Shown here: piece by piece, positions 20,901 through 30,151 of the stretch
Layout of the letters: each line of letters begins with the position of its first letter
Position numbering within the stretch: position 1 is the first letter of the stretch
NCBI GenBank assembly: GCA_965116925.1
Contig: OZ220744.1
Location: 256,001 to 320,000, forward strand
Source of the DNA: Candidatus Poribacteria bacterium
GTDB lineage: Bacteria; Poribacteria; WGA-4E; PCPOR2b
Direction of reading: 5' to 3'
Length of the DNA: 64,000 bases
Translations under genes and position numbers: made by a program
Notes under the pieces: model-generated
What the model saw: only the letters and a program-made list of their open reading frames with translations
Database searches by the model: none
Told to the model about the DNA's origin: nothing

Positions 20901-21507
20901 GTTCGTCAAATGCTTGTGCAAAATCCTTTGCTGCGGACGGAAAAATGAAAAGAGTAATAAGCAGCAGCGCGACAGCGATAAGGGCAAAACCACCATACCG
21001 CTTGAGTTTCATAAACTCTTGCAAGAAGACTTTCCTGCTTTCAATCTCGTCCATCAATTGATGTGTGCTTTCAATTAACCTCTCTATGAATCCTAAGGCA
21101 TAGCCGAAGCGGTTGTTCTCCATTTCTGGCTTGAGTTGGATGGTACTCAAAATACGGTTTTCAAATCCGGGATAGCGGTTTTCAACATAAGCAGCCACAC
21201 GGGCGTGTGTTAGCTTTTGGAATACAGGTTGAATTAGATAGCGAAACGCTGCGTACACACCGATCCCTAACCACAGCAACACTATGCCCATACGGAGAAG
21301 GCGTGGTAAAGGCAGAACCTGATCAATTATAAAAACAAGGGCAAGAGCGAAGGCAATCGTACCCAACCACCGAAGTAAACTGTGGGAGAAAAGCAGCAAT
21401 CGCCACTGCTTTCGCAATGAGCGCAGCCGATTAATAATTTCTTGATAGCTTTGTTCCGTATTTGAGTTCGACACGGTATAATCTCCATTCTTTTGTACCC
21501 TTTTCAT
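17992..21507 (-). CDS. large membrane-anchored coiled-coil protein (DUF4175-like)
   Basis: N-terminal TMs, Ig-like region with A.DDYG, long Q/E-rich coiled coil, C-terminal LPPQYRELIQQYFKAL. Confidence 0.75.
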   Translation of the reverse strand: MKRVQKNGDYTVSNSNTEQSYQEIINRLRSLRKQWRLLLFSHSLLRWLGTIAFALALVFIIDQVLPLPRLLRMGIVLLWLGIGVYAAFRYLIQPVFQKLTHARVAAYVENRYPGFENRILSTIQLKPEMENNRFGYALGFIERLIESTHQLMDEIESRKVFLQEFMKLKRYGGFALIAVALLLITLFIFPSAAKDFAQAFDELPKTPQDILVVQIDEVQPGNLRIQSGTDVTITAKVTGHFGAPVHLYYRVGGGGETMASVSAWRNLVMTRNETEIAYRFTFKNVTQSMEYYIVVKEEQSERFHITVTRAPILSRFQLKLNYPKYTQLSPQIVEENLGDVTTLIGTMVHFEGDGNQPIASARLVFEESDPVKLTVSEGTRLSGSFIVQRSEKYHIELIDVDNISNSQPIAYTIHAIEDAEPQIEIVAPGKDVVLDDSMIVSLQLDAKDDYGVEKIQLVYRVEGTDDDVIVPLKTWDPTDTLVFIEFPWDIDPLGLYPGDIISYHAEAIDADNVSGPNIGKSNIYSIRFPTLAELYDAVEFEQEVEMQGLEALHDAQAEQTAIVDELLDKIRKSQELTLKDEKLMEQVLKNQQEIEKTAKNLSEEMQQTADQMEKQQLFDMQTVEKFQELQELIDQALSEEHKELLRKLAEALEMQELSEQEQKLMEAHFNQERFLQQLDRLKDLYKQMIIQQKLEAAVNQTKELAERQERLMEQLRDLADQVDQNSALDEVQGADTPRSDPKQLAQQEERIAEGMEDLHQTLNELGEEMSELENLKRVADEIKRLNQFARDVQIAQDLRSATQQIRGNQMQRAMESGAAAQQGLTELHQGLDNALEFMEGGNAEETLTAIRDAVRSGLYLSRTHEEAIEGTDEILQSGHGQYLPGEVKQLQGLAASELGLAAGLNLLADRLWELGTNQMQIDPKTVWRLNAAADAFERSARALEDRKPNLAVPIQKQGLADLNQSIADLLEAMDQMNQQMGEAGMQNMLEQLEQLAQSQGQLNEMAQQLNQQMRRQGRTPSNEQMLQRMAYEQQMIREATERVADMMERLSEMLGDLNSIAEEMKEVEGKLQQGNLNQQVLDKQREILTRMLESSKSLQKREVSKRRKSAVAKTPTAAGDGAPPLDPKLLETIQQIESNLRSGEQESLPPQYRELIQQYFKALSEQTQKKL

Positions 21508-22209
21508 TTAATGCGTCAATACATAAACCGCAATATTAATTGCCATCTTCGCAGCCAGCTCGCGAACCTGCGGCGTATCTTTGGGGTGGACCTTCGGATC
21601 TTCCAGACCATCCCCAATATCTGAACTGTAGACGTAATAAACGACCATTCGACCTTCGTGGAATAACCCTAACCCTTGCGCGGGTTCTCCATCATGTTCA
21701 TGGATCTTTGGAAGTCCATTGGGAAAATCGTAGAAACAGTGGTAGATGAGGTGTGAATTCGGTATAGGTTGCAAGGATTGATCAGGAAACACGCGGCGTA
21801 TTTCACGACGAAAACTTTCATCTAACCCGTAATCATCATTCACAAAGAGGAAGCCGCCGTGGGTCAAATAGAAACGTAATGCCTCGACCTCTTCCTTACT
21901 GAAGCGAATGTTACCATGCCCCACAATGTAGAGCATCGGGTATTGGTACAGATTCCGATCCGTCAATTTCACAATAACACGTTCTTCTGCTGCCTCAATA
22001 TCCGTTCTGGCGCGAAGAATTTTCAGCCAATTGGAAATGGTGGTCTGATCGCCGTACCAATCGCCACCTCCGCCATATTGAACTTGAGCGATAACAAACT
22101 TCTCACCAGCACTTTGGGCGGATCCGATCACTAGAACGATACTCAACATAACGCAAAATATGAAACGTAATACCCAATTCATTTGATGCCAAGTTGTTTT
22201 ATCCATCAT
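21508..22209 (-). CDS. DUF4159 domain protein
   Basis: YGGGGDWY, YL..GGFL...DDYG, GLPKIHEHDG. Confidence 0.85.
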   Translation of the reverse strand: MMDKTTWHQMNWVLRFIFCVMLSIVLVIGSAQSAGEKFVIAQVQYGGGGDWYGDQTTISNWLKILRARTDIEAAEERVIVKLTDRNLYQYPMLYIVGHGNIRFSKEEVEALRFYLTHGGFLFVNDDYGLDESFRREIRRVFPDQSLQPIPNSHLIYHCFYDFPNGLPKIHEHDGEPAQGLGLFHEGRMVVYYVYSSDIGDGLEDPKVHPKDTPQVRELAAKMAINIAVYVLTH

Positions 22210-22218
22210 ATCTCCCAA

Positions 22219-24480
22219 CTACACCAGCCCTCTCCGCATCCGCAAAAACCATTCCGTCCCCAAGAACCCGACCGCAAGGATTAGGACGATTGGGTTATCC
22301 CACAACTCACGTTCCTGAACCGCAAAGACCGATTCTTGAACCGGCTTGATCTTGTCGGGTAGCGATGCAGCGGTGGCAATTGAGACATAGTGACCGCCGG
22401 TTTTGGCTGCGAGTTGTTTAAGCAGACCTTCGTTGAGTTCTGGATTCTCAAACTCTGCCAATGGAGATTCGACAAAGATTTCTGTTGAATCCTCACCGAG
22501 CGAGACAGAGCGATCTACACCTGAAGCACGAATATAGTACGCCCCTTTTTGGGTTGCACCGAACTGGGCACGATAGGTGCCAGGGCTCTGTGAACCTACA
22601 CTGGTTCGGACTTGAAAATACTTTCCGTCCGGCGGTGTCACTTCTATTTTAAGATCTGCAGCAACCATCGGCTGATAGCTCTCATTATAGGCATACGCGA
22701 TGATTTGGACTTCATTGCCAACTGAGTAGGTTGTCAAATCTGTAGTGACATTGATCCGTTTGGTATCTGTCCGTGTTGCCATCCAGCGAATCGTCTGCCC
22801 CCAAAAGCGAGGATAAGTATCGTCCTCATCTTTGAAACTCCATACACCAAATCCCCAATTCCACAGTCCTTCAGCAGCAATTAGAAGACTTTTTCCCAAT
22901 CCTGAACGTTGAAAAATCATGATTGGCAACCTCGTTTGATTTCTGTCTGAGTGATACTCAGCGAGTGTTGTCGCCCCGCCTTTGAGCTGAAATCCACCCA
23001 ACCAGCGCGATAACGGCGGTAAATCGCGCCATAAGGCTTCGACTTTTGTTTGTGTATCTCCCAAACGGGTGATCGGATGGTACATACCCTGTTGCGTCAA
23101 TTGAAGACTAAAGTCCTCGTCTCGCACGTAACAACCGTTGGGAGGGATGACAATCGGCAGAAGTGCAGCAAGCTTAGTTTTTCTAAAACCATCGTGACCG
23201 AGTGAGTGGCGACCACCGAGAAATATAACTGCTTTCCCCGCTTTTTCGACAAAATCGACAATCGCTGTGTGCTGTTGTGGAGTTAACGTGCTTGAGCGGA
23301 GATCGCCGATGATAAGTACATCGTAAAATAGTAAGTCATCTAGCGTTTTTGGAAATTGAGGCATACGGGATCGCTGAGTTATCTGCGGATAATGCCGATC
23401 GTAACGGGCTAACAGTGTTCCACGGAGTTGGTTCAGTGATCTGCTTGATAGGATAACACAGGTCGAATCAATGTTTGGATCGCGTTCTAGTGTGCGCTTG
23501 AGAAAAGCATATTCCCAGCCGGGCTGTCCTTCAATGTAAAGCAGGTGTAACTTGGTCTTAACCACTTTCAGTGGAAACGCTCGCGTATTGTTTTCGGCGG
23601 TTAACTCACCTTCAAGCACGGGAACGGAAACGACGTATTGAAAAATACCCTCCTCCTGAGGATTCAGAGCGAACTCAATCGTTTGTTTCGACTTATCCGT
23701 TAGTGTAATCGGCACCGAATCCACAACCTGATTATCCGTCATGAGTGAAACACGGGTCTGACTCCCTGAATAGCCTGCGTGATCCACAGTAACGCGAATC
23801 GGCACACTGTGCTCCGTGTAGGCGACAGGACTGACTTCAACTCCGGAGAGTTTGAGATCTCTTGGCGGTTCGGGATCGCCAACACCGACTACATAAATGG
23901 GAATCTGTGTTTCAGTTACCTGATCAACCACAGACGTTGAGGCGTTGTGCGCCCCATCGGTGAGCAGGACTACACCCGCAAGCAGTTGCCCCCGCCACTC
24001 CTTAGAAGCATCATTAATTGAGGTCGCAATATCCGTTAATCCTCCCACTGCATCAAGTGAGCTAGATTCACCGGAAATCTGGTGAGGTTGTTTATCAAAA
24101 CGGTACAGGTGAACGTCAAATCGGTCGGTTAGGGTGGAGAGAAAGTGACTGGCTGGATCAAATAAGATACGGTTCACAAGATCTAGTCGTGTTGAAAACT
24201 GTCCCTCCAGCTCTACATCTTTAAGTTGCATGCTTTGAGAGGTATCCGCAAGAACCAACAAATTTGTTGGTGGAGTGATATCTTTTCGCTCAATCAGCAC
24301 CGGTTCAAGCAGACAAATCAACAGCACGAGTGCTGCCAAAATTCGTAAACCGATGAGAAGCACCCTAAACCTTTGACTCAGTGGCCGATTTAAGCGGAGA
24401 TACCCGTATGCTGTAATACCAGCCATGACGGCAAGTCCAAGCACAACCGCCCACCATGGCCACAGGTAAGTAAATCGCAT
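22219..24480 (-). CDS. membrane protein with vWA and glutamine amidotransferase-like domains
   Basis: DTSQSM, LLTDGAHN, LYIEGQPGWEY.FL, C-terminal EWFLR.RRGL. Confidence 0.78.
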   Translation of the reverse strand: MRFTYLWPWWAVVLGLAVMAGITAYGYLRLNRPLSQRFRVLLIGLRILAALVLLICLLEPVLIERKDITPPTNLLVLADTSQSMQLKDVELEGQFSTRLDLVNRILFDPASHFLSTLTDRFDVHLYRFDKQPHQISGESSSLDAVGGLTDIATSINDASKEWRGQLLAGVVLLTDGAHNASTSVVDQVTETQIPIYVVGVGDPEPPRDLKLSGVEVSPVAYTEHSVPIRVTVDHAGYSGSQTRVSLMTDNQVVDSVPITLTDKSKQTIEFALNPQEEGIFQYVVSVPVLEGELTAENNTRAFPLKVVKTKLHLLYIEGQPGWEYAFLKRTLERDPNIDSTCVILSSRSLNQLRGTLLARYDRHYPQITQRSRMPQFPKTLDDLLFYDVLIIGDLRSSTLTPQQHTAIVDFVEKAGKAVIFLGGRHSLGHDGFRKTKLAALLPIVIPPNGCYVRDEDFSLQLTQQGMYHPITRLGDTQTKVEALWRDLPPLSRWLGGFQLKGGATTLAEYHSDRNQTRLPIMIFQRSGLGKSLLIAAEGLWNWGFGVWSFKDEDDTYPRFWGQTIRWMATRTDTKRINVTTDLTTYSVGNEVQIIAYAYNESYQPMVAADLKIEVTPPDGKYFQVRTSVGSQSPGTYRAQFGATQKGAYYIRASGVDRSVSLGEDSTEIFVESPLAEFENPELNEGLLKQLAAKTGGHYVSIATAASLPDKIKPVQESVFAVQERELWDNPIVLILAVGFLGTEWFLRMRRGLV

Positions 24481-24561
24481 CAAAGTTCCTTCTTTGTTCC
24501 CAGTTATTTGATGAATTATACCCCATACCGAAAACACCGTCAACTGAAATGCTGGAGCGGA

Positions 24562-24685
24562 CTAGGGGCATTTAATTCTCTTATAGGAGCCCCCCCCCGA
24601 ATTCCGACGCTTCACTGTAGATGCGATTTCCCGGTTGCGACTTGCCAAACAAAATGGCTAAAAGGCCGAAAACTAAATGACCCTA
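24562..24685. mobile_element. MITE-like family A copy (inverted)
   Basis: TAGGGGCATTTAATTCTC..GAAAACTAAATGACCCTA. Confidence 0.55.
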
Positions 24686-24703
24686 AAATTTTACTTTTAG
24701 GGG

Positions 24704-24732
24704 TTGACAAGGAAATCTATCTTCTGTAGAAT
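24704..24732 (+). promoter_or_regulatory. sigma70 promoter
   Basis: TTGACA-17-TAGAAT. Confidence 0.7.
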
Positions 24733-24872
24733 TAGCGTTGCATCGCCCATCCAACTGCATGTGCACTTATTACTTTAAGGCAAGAGCGTTTAGCTCTCCT
24801 GTAGGAGGGATCTCCGAATCCCGACACTCACTTTAAGATCAAACCATTGCTTCGTACCACGCGAGTAAGGGG

Positions 24873-25406
24873 GTGGAGTCAATTCAATCGTCACCCATAT
24901 TAGATAGAATTTACGCGATAACGCTCAGTTTCAGAGGAGAGATGATTCCAGCAGAGATTGTCCTTAGTCCCGAAACGCATCAAAAGATTGTAGAAGAATC
25001 GAACTTCCAACAGGGACTTGAGGCAAAAAAAGATCCGGTATCTGCGCTTAAAGGAGCTTTCTCAATTCCAATCACAATTCGAGAAGAAGACACAGACATT
25101 ATCGTTGTAAAAGGACTATATCCAAACCCTTGCCCGGTTTGTGGACGGCGCATTCCGTTTCTGCGAGAGATGATTGAACGGATTGAATCCCGTTCAATCA
25201 AACGTATCCGCTGTCCGTTGGGACACCGCTACGAGGGAGAAATCAAAGTATACTATCTGAACATCTTTCAGGAAAATCAATCGGAAGCTAAAGCAATCCA
25301 AGTATGCCCACAATGTGGGAGTGAAAATATACAGAATCTAAGTCAAACAGATATTTTCTGCCTCGATTGCGAATGGGATAACCTGAAATATATTCGCGAT
25401 TCTTAG
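24873..25406 (+). CDS. hypothetical protein with two zinc-ribbon motifs
   Basis: CPVCG..CPLGH and CPQCGS..CLDC. Confidence 0.6.
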   Translation: MESIQSSPILDRIYAITLSFRGEMIPAEIVLSPETHQKIVEESNFQQGLEAKKDPVSALKGAFSIPITIREEDTDIIVVKGLYPNPCPVCGRRIPFLREMIERIESRSIKRIRCPLGHRYEGEIKVYYLNIFQENQSEAKAIQVCPQCGSENIQNLSQTDIFCLDCEWDNLKYIRDS

Positions 25407-25475
25407 TGTGCGTGTTAATAGGAGAGGACGACGACAGAACAATAGTGGGAAAAGATGTGTCAATCTATACGGAAA

Positions 25476-25516
25476 TAAAAAAGCCATGCTGCCATTATAT
25501 GACAGCATGGCTTTTT
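25476..25516. terminator. bidirectional intrinsic terminator
   Basis: AAAAAAGCCATGCTG..CAGCATGGCTTTTT between convergent genes. Confidence 0.8.
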
Positions 25517-25569
25517 CGTGCCCTAATAACGGATTTCGGGGACAGGTTTGTGGAGTTAGCATGTGGTGA

Positions 25570-27213
25570 TTAATGGTGGTGGTGATGGTGTCCATGCCCA
25601 TGGTGGTGATGTCCATGGTCATCTGGTTCTTCCTCCACCTCTGTAATTAACGTTTCGGTTGTCAACAGCAATCCTGCCACACTCGCACCATTTTGGATTG
25701 CAGATCGTACCACCTTCGTCGGATCAACGATTCCTGCGTCAAGCAGATCGCCATACTCTCCGTTCGCAGCATTCAAGCCGTAACTTCCCTCACCGTCTTT
25801 GACTTTTGCAGCAACGACGGATCCTTCCAAGCCCGCGTTTTCAGCGATGGTTCGGATCGGCGATTCCAGAACTCTTCGGACAATGTTCACGCCGGTTTCT
25901 TGGTCGCCTTCAAGATGAAAATCTTCAAGTGCAGCACCGGCTCTTAACAATGCGATGCCACCACCCGCGACAATTCCCTCTTCAACAGCTGCACGGGTTG
26001 CAGACAAAGCATCTTCAAATCGTGCCTTTCTCTCTTTCATCTCAACTTCTGTCGCGGCACCGACATTAACAACGGCAACGCCGCCAGCGAGTTTCGCAAG
26101 GCGCTCCTCTAACTTCTCCCGATCATAATCAGAGGTCGTTTCCTCGATTTGTTGCCGAATCTGTCCAATCCGTGCCTGAACATCCTCTGCGGCACCAGTT
26201 CCGCCAACAATCGTTGTGTTATCCTTGTCAACGATAACACGTCTTGCACTGCCCAACATACCGGCTACAACATTTTCCAAACGGATGCCAATATCTTCTG
26301 AAATTACCTGACCACCGGTAAGAATACCGATATCTTCAAGCATCTCCTTGCGACGGTCTCCGAAGCCGGGAGCTTTCACTGCAACAACCCTAAGCCCACC
26401 ACGCAGTTTGTTCACAACCAACACCGCTAAAGCCTCTCCTTCAATATCTTCAGCAATAATCAGCAGCGGACGACCAAGTTGACCGACCTTTTCTAAAATT
26501 GGAACTAGATCCGTAACTGTACTAATTTTCTCAGTGTTAATCAGGACAAGCGGATCCTCCAGTTCAGCAACCATAGATTCGGGATCTGTCGCAAAATGGG
26601 GCGACAAGTAGCCGCGGTCAAATTGCATACCTTCAACAATATCGACCTCTGTTTCAGCACCCTTGCCATCTTCAATCGTAATTACGCCATCTTTTCCAAC
26701 TTTGTCCATCGCATTGGCAACCGTCTTTCCAATGTCGCTACGATTGGCGTTATCGTTGGCGGCAATTGATGCGACCTGTGCAATCTCATCGCTTGTGTTG
26801 ACTGATTTGCTCTGCTTCTGGAGTTCCCCAACAACAACTTCGGCGGCTTTATCAATCCCGATTTTCAGTTGCATCGGATCTGCTCCGGCGGCAACGTTTT
26901 TGAGTCCCTCGTGAACGATTTCTTGTGCCAATACGGTTGCCGTGGTTGTACCATCTCCCACCGCATCATTGGTCTTGGTTGCGACGGATTTCAGTAATTG
27001 CGCCCCCATATTCTCATAATGATCCGGGAGATCGATTTCTTTAGCCACCGTTACACCATCACTGGTAACCACGGGCGCGCCAAAGGATTTCTGGAGAACA
27101 ACATTCCTCCCTCGAGGTCCCAACGTGACCTTCACGGCGTTGGCTAGCGCATCTGCTCCCTCCTTAAGGGCATTCCTTGCTTCTACATCGAAGATCAGCT
27201 GTTTTACTGCCAT
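25570..27213 (-). CDS. groEL: chaperonin GroEL with His-rich C-terminal tail
   Basis: [32 protein letters not shown]; tail [17 protein letters not shown]. Confidence 0.97.
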   Translation of the reverse strand: MAVKQLIFDVEARNALKEGADALANAVKVTLGPRGRNVVLQKSFGAPVVTSDGVTVAKEIDLPDHYENMGAQLLKSVATKTNDAVGDGTTTATVLAQEIVHEGLKNVAAGADPMQLKIGIDKAAEVVVGELQKQSKSVNTSDEIAQVASIAANDNANRSDIGKTVANAMDKVGKDGVITIEDGKGAETEVDIVEGMQFDRGYLSPHFATDPESMVAELEDPLVLINTEKISTVTDLVPILEKVGQLGRPLLIIAEDIEGEALAVLVVNKLRGGLRVVAVKAPGFGDRRKEMLEDIGILTGGQVISEDIGIRLENVVAGMLGSARRVIVDKDNTTIVGGTGAAEDVQARIGQIRQQIEETTSDYDREKLEERLAKLAGGVAVVNVGAATEVEMKERKARFEDALSATRAAVEEGIVAGGGIALLRAGAALEDFHLEGDQETGVNIVRRVLESPIRTIAENAGLEGSVVAAKVKDGEGSYGLNAANGEYGDLLDAGIVDPTKVVRSAIQNGASVAGLLLTTETLITEVEEEPDDHGHHHHGHGHHHHHH

Positions 27214-27399
27214 AGCGTTCCTCCTTAATTAATGTGCTGTAATCAATTTTAAGAGATGAGCGTGTGTTTCGCTTCATCTTGAGACAGGATCTGTGCACTT
27301 TGTTGGAAAGAATCCCGCCGTAGGACGGATTCTCGATAAACCCTACTAAAGACAGGTCCATAATAGAACAATATATAACAATTCCAAAAATCGGAACTT

Positions 27400-27426
27400 T
27401 TAGCACTCTCGCATAGTGAGTGCTAA
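27400..27426. promoter_or_regulatory. CIRCE element (HrcA operator)
   Basis: Perfect TTAGCACTC-N9-GAGTGCTAA upstream of groEL. Confidence 0.95.
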
Positions 27427-27437
27427 AAGCAGGCGAA

Positions 27438-27466
27438 ATTATATCATTACTGTGTCCCAAAGTCAA
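27438..27466 (-). promoter_or_regulatory. sigma70 promoter of groEL
   Basis: TTGACT-17-TATAAT with extended -10 TG. Confidence 0.85.
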
Positions 27467-27694
27467 CCTGAATCTCAGTCGGACTCAGGTTTATCGCTTG
27501 CCTCGACTAGTAATCCGTGATAAAATGAACTCACTAAATTGCCCATCACGGTGCATCAAACCCTGCGTGTGCCACAGATTGGGCAGTTTGTGCTTACAAT
27601 AAGTTGAGGGATTCACGAAATAACTCGAAAATCCGCCCATGTTGCCTCAATAGTAACTGATATATTGCTCTGATAGTCATTAGAATTGAGGTAT

Positions 27695-27803
27695 TATAGT
27701 GAATTCAAAAAATAAAGAAACACTTGCGCCCCCCCATGTTTGGTAGGCGCTGTTTCCAACTGCGCCGGTTCGGAGTGTCCCATTAATTCTAAAATCTACT
27801 ATA
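27695..27803. mobile_element. MITE-like family B (about 108 bp)
   Basis: TIR TATAGTGAATT..AATCTACTATA with internal GTAG hairpin; second copy at 59811..59918. Confidence 0.7.
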
Positions 27804-28158
27804 GTTCAATATGGAGCAACCGAAAAAACGTAAGGCACCGAAAAAAGTTATCTCCCTGATCATTTGCTTAATCAATGGTATAATCCTTGCTTCCACGATA
27901 ACAGTGATGCACCTAATTTCCGGTTTGATATATAGTGACTGCTAAAAGTAAGTGGATATTTACCAATAACTCTAACCTACGCAAAGTTTCCAAAGTCCCC
28001 CTGAGAACCTGAGGTGGCGCGGAGGTGAGGGGACAATAAACAGCAGGTGTGAAAGGGTATGGGGGAGAAAGGTTAAAAGCATTAGCACTTCCTCACACAC
28101 TCGCTCCCCCACATACTCGCTTCCTCGCTTCCACCTGATATGGAAAGGAGCATGAAAA

Positions 28159-29307
28159 TTGAATAACGTGTTTCTGAAAGACATGAATTATCGCAAGGCA
28201 AGGGTCATCTTAACCACGATTGGCATCACTGTGCTAATTGCCCTTATTTTGATGTTGGGGGGAATCATGAATGGTATGCGCATCCAAGCTCAACAATACC
28301 CTACATTCACAGGAGCGGATATTTGGATCTCCGCAGAAGGCTCCGGCAGTGCATTTATCGGTTTTTCACTGCTTGTCCCAGAACACCTTGCCTATCTTGA
28401 TGGCGCACAACCCTTGAAACCTAATTCGGTATCACCACTGGTTTTCGCACATGCGCGACCTGTAATTCGTGGAAAACTTGGCAAAGCAGTTGTTGTGGGA
28501 TACAAGGCGGACAAATTGGGAGGACCAACGCAATTTGAGTTAACCGAGGGGCGACTGGTAACTGCTAGTCAATATGAAGGCTGGGCGGAGGCGGATATTC
28601 CACCGCGTGAGGTAGTCGTCGATGAAAAGATGAATCTCGAAATCGGAGAACGGATTTTGATCGGGAACAAGGAACTCAAGGTGGTTGGAAAGGCAAAAAG
28701 CTTGATGTTTGTTCTCGACACGCCGCTGCTGTTTATGGATCTTCGGACTGCACAGGAAGTGCTGCTTAAAAACTCACTTCACGTCAATATGATGATAGCT
28801 CAAGCGGCAGACGGATATACGCCTGAGAAAGCCGCGAAAGAACTCGAAAACTTCGATGAACAACTCAAAACGATTGATGTGCGTACCCTGCAACAAACAC
28901 TTCGCGATATTATTGCCACCTATGTAGATGAACCGATGAAGGCTGTTCAATTTCTGCGAGTAATGCTCTGGATTGCCGCGGGGCTTATCGTCGGAATGAT
29001 CACCTACGTCACAACGCTCGAAAAGACACAAGAGATTGGAGTCCTTAAGGCAATCGGTGCCTCCAATTTTTACATTTCTTCGCTGATAATTAAGCAGGTT
29101 GTTCTGATGTCGGTGGTAGGTGTAATTTGTGGACTGATTTTATCGTACATCTTTGCTATTGCTGCGCCAATCTTCGTGTCAATTCACCCGGTCGAATCAG
29201 GTATTGTCGCGTTGATCAGTTTTGTTGTGTGTTGCGCCGGCGGTTACCTCGCCGCGCGAAAAGCAATCAGTGTTGATCCAATGGTTGCATTTAGGGGAGA
29301 GGTCTAA
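28159..29307 (+). CDS. ABC transporter permease (MacB/FtsX-like)
   Basis: N-terminal TM, periplasmic domain, EIGVLKAIGA, DPM.AFR. Confidence 0.88.
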   Translation: MNNVFLKDMNYRKARVILTTIGITVLIALILMLGGIMNGMRIQAQQYPTFTGADIWISAEGSGSAFIGFSLLVPEHLAYLDGAQPLKPNSVSPLVFAHARPVIRGKLGKAVVVGYKADKLGGPTQFELTEGRLVTASQYEGWAEADIPPREVVVDEKMNLEIGERILIGNKELKVVGKAKSLMFVLDTPLLFMDLRTAQEVLLKNSLHVNMMIAQAADGYTPEKAAKELENFDEQLKTIDVRTLQQTLRDIIATYVDEPMKAVQFLRVMLWIAAGLIVGMITYVTTLEKTQEIGVLKAIGASNFYISSLIIKQVVLMSVVGVICGLILSYIFAIAAPIFVSIHPVESGIVALISFVVCCAGGYLAARKAISVDPMVAFRGEV

Positions 29308-29447
29308 TCTGTAGAACTGAAGCGCGAAAGGTGAATAAACTTCCGGTACAGATTTTCGATTTGGATTTAGCATGAACTGTCGCTTTTCTCCGTTCTATTT
29401 CTAAGTGAGGCGACACACGAAGTGCTAGGAGAGTAGGGAGGAACCTG

Positions 29448-30122
29448 ATGGGAATCGTTGTCGAAGGGAAAGGACTAACAAAACATTTTGGCGAGGGAGA
29501 TGCGAGGGTAGTGGCTGTTGACCAAGTTGATATTACCATTGAAGAGAGCGAATTGGTAATGTTCATGGGCGATAGCGGTTGTGGTAAGACGACGCTAATC
29601 AGCCTACTCGGCTGTATCCTCACACCGAGTGAAGGTGATGTTTGGATTGATGGAGAACAGATCGACTACGAAAATCACGATTTGTCCCAACTGCGCAGCG
29701 AGAAGATTGGCTTCGTGTTTCAACTATTTAACCTTATTCCGTACCTAACAGCGGTAGAAAATGTGATGGTCGCCATGAATATTGCTGGCATGAAGGGCAG
29801 CGAAGCAGAAAAGCGCGCGGTGGAACTTCTCACTCAGGTTGGGTTGGAGCAACGCTTACACCATCGACCTGCACAACTTTCAGGCGGCGAAAAGCAGCGC
29901 GTCTCCTTTGCACGTGCCCTTGCCAACAACCCGAAAATTATCTTTGCAGATGAGCCTACCGCGAATCTTGATAGCCGGCAGGGTGCGAATCTGATGAGTC
30001 TTGTTCGAGAGCTGCGCCAAGAACACCAAACCACGATCGCAATCGTAACGCATCACGAGGGCTTAAAAAAGGATGCGGATCGAGTGATTCAGATGAAGGA
30101 TGGGCAGATTGTGTCTGGGTAG
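29448..30122 (+). CDS. ABC transporter ATP-binding protein (LolD/MacB-like)
   Basis: GDSGCGKTT, LSGGEKQR, ADEPTANLD. Confidence 0.93.
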   Translation: MGIVVEGKGLTKHFGEGDARVVAVDQVDITIEESELVMFMGDSGCGKTTLISLLGCILTPSEGDVWIDGEQIDYENHDLSQLRSEKIGFVFQLFNLIPYLTAVENVMVAMNIAGMKGSEAEKRAVELLTQVGLEQRLHHRPAQLSGGEKQRVSFARALANNPKIIFADEPTANLDSRQGANLMSLVRELRQEHQTTIAIVTHHEGLKKDADRVIQMKDGQIVSG

Positions 30123-30151
30123 TGCGATTGTCATGACTAGGGAACGGAACC

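Noticed and set aside
27164..27466. ORF upstream of groEL as possible groES
   Set aside because: No GroES motifs; overlaps the promoter and CIRCE
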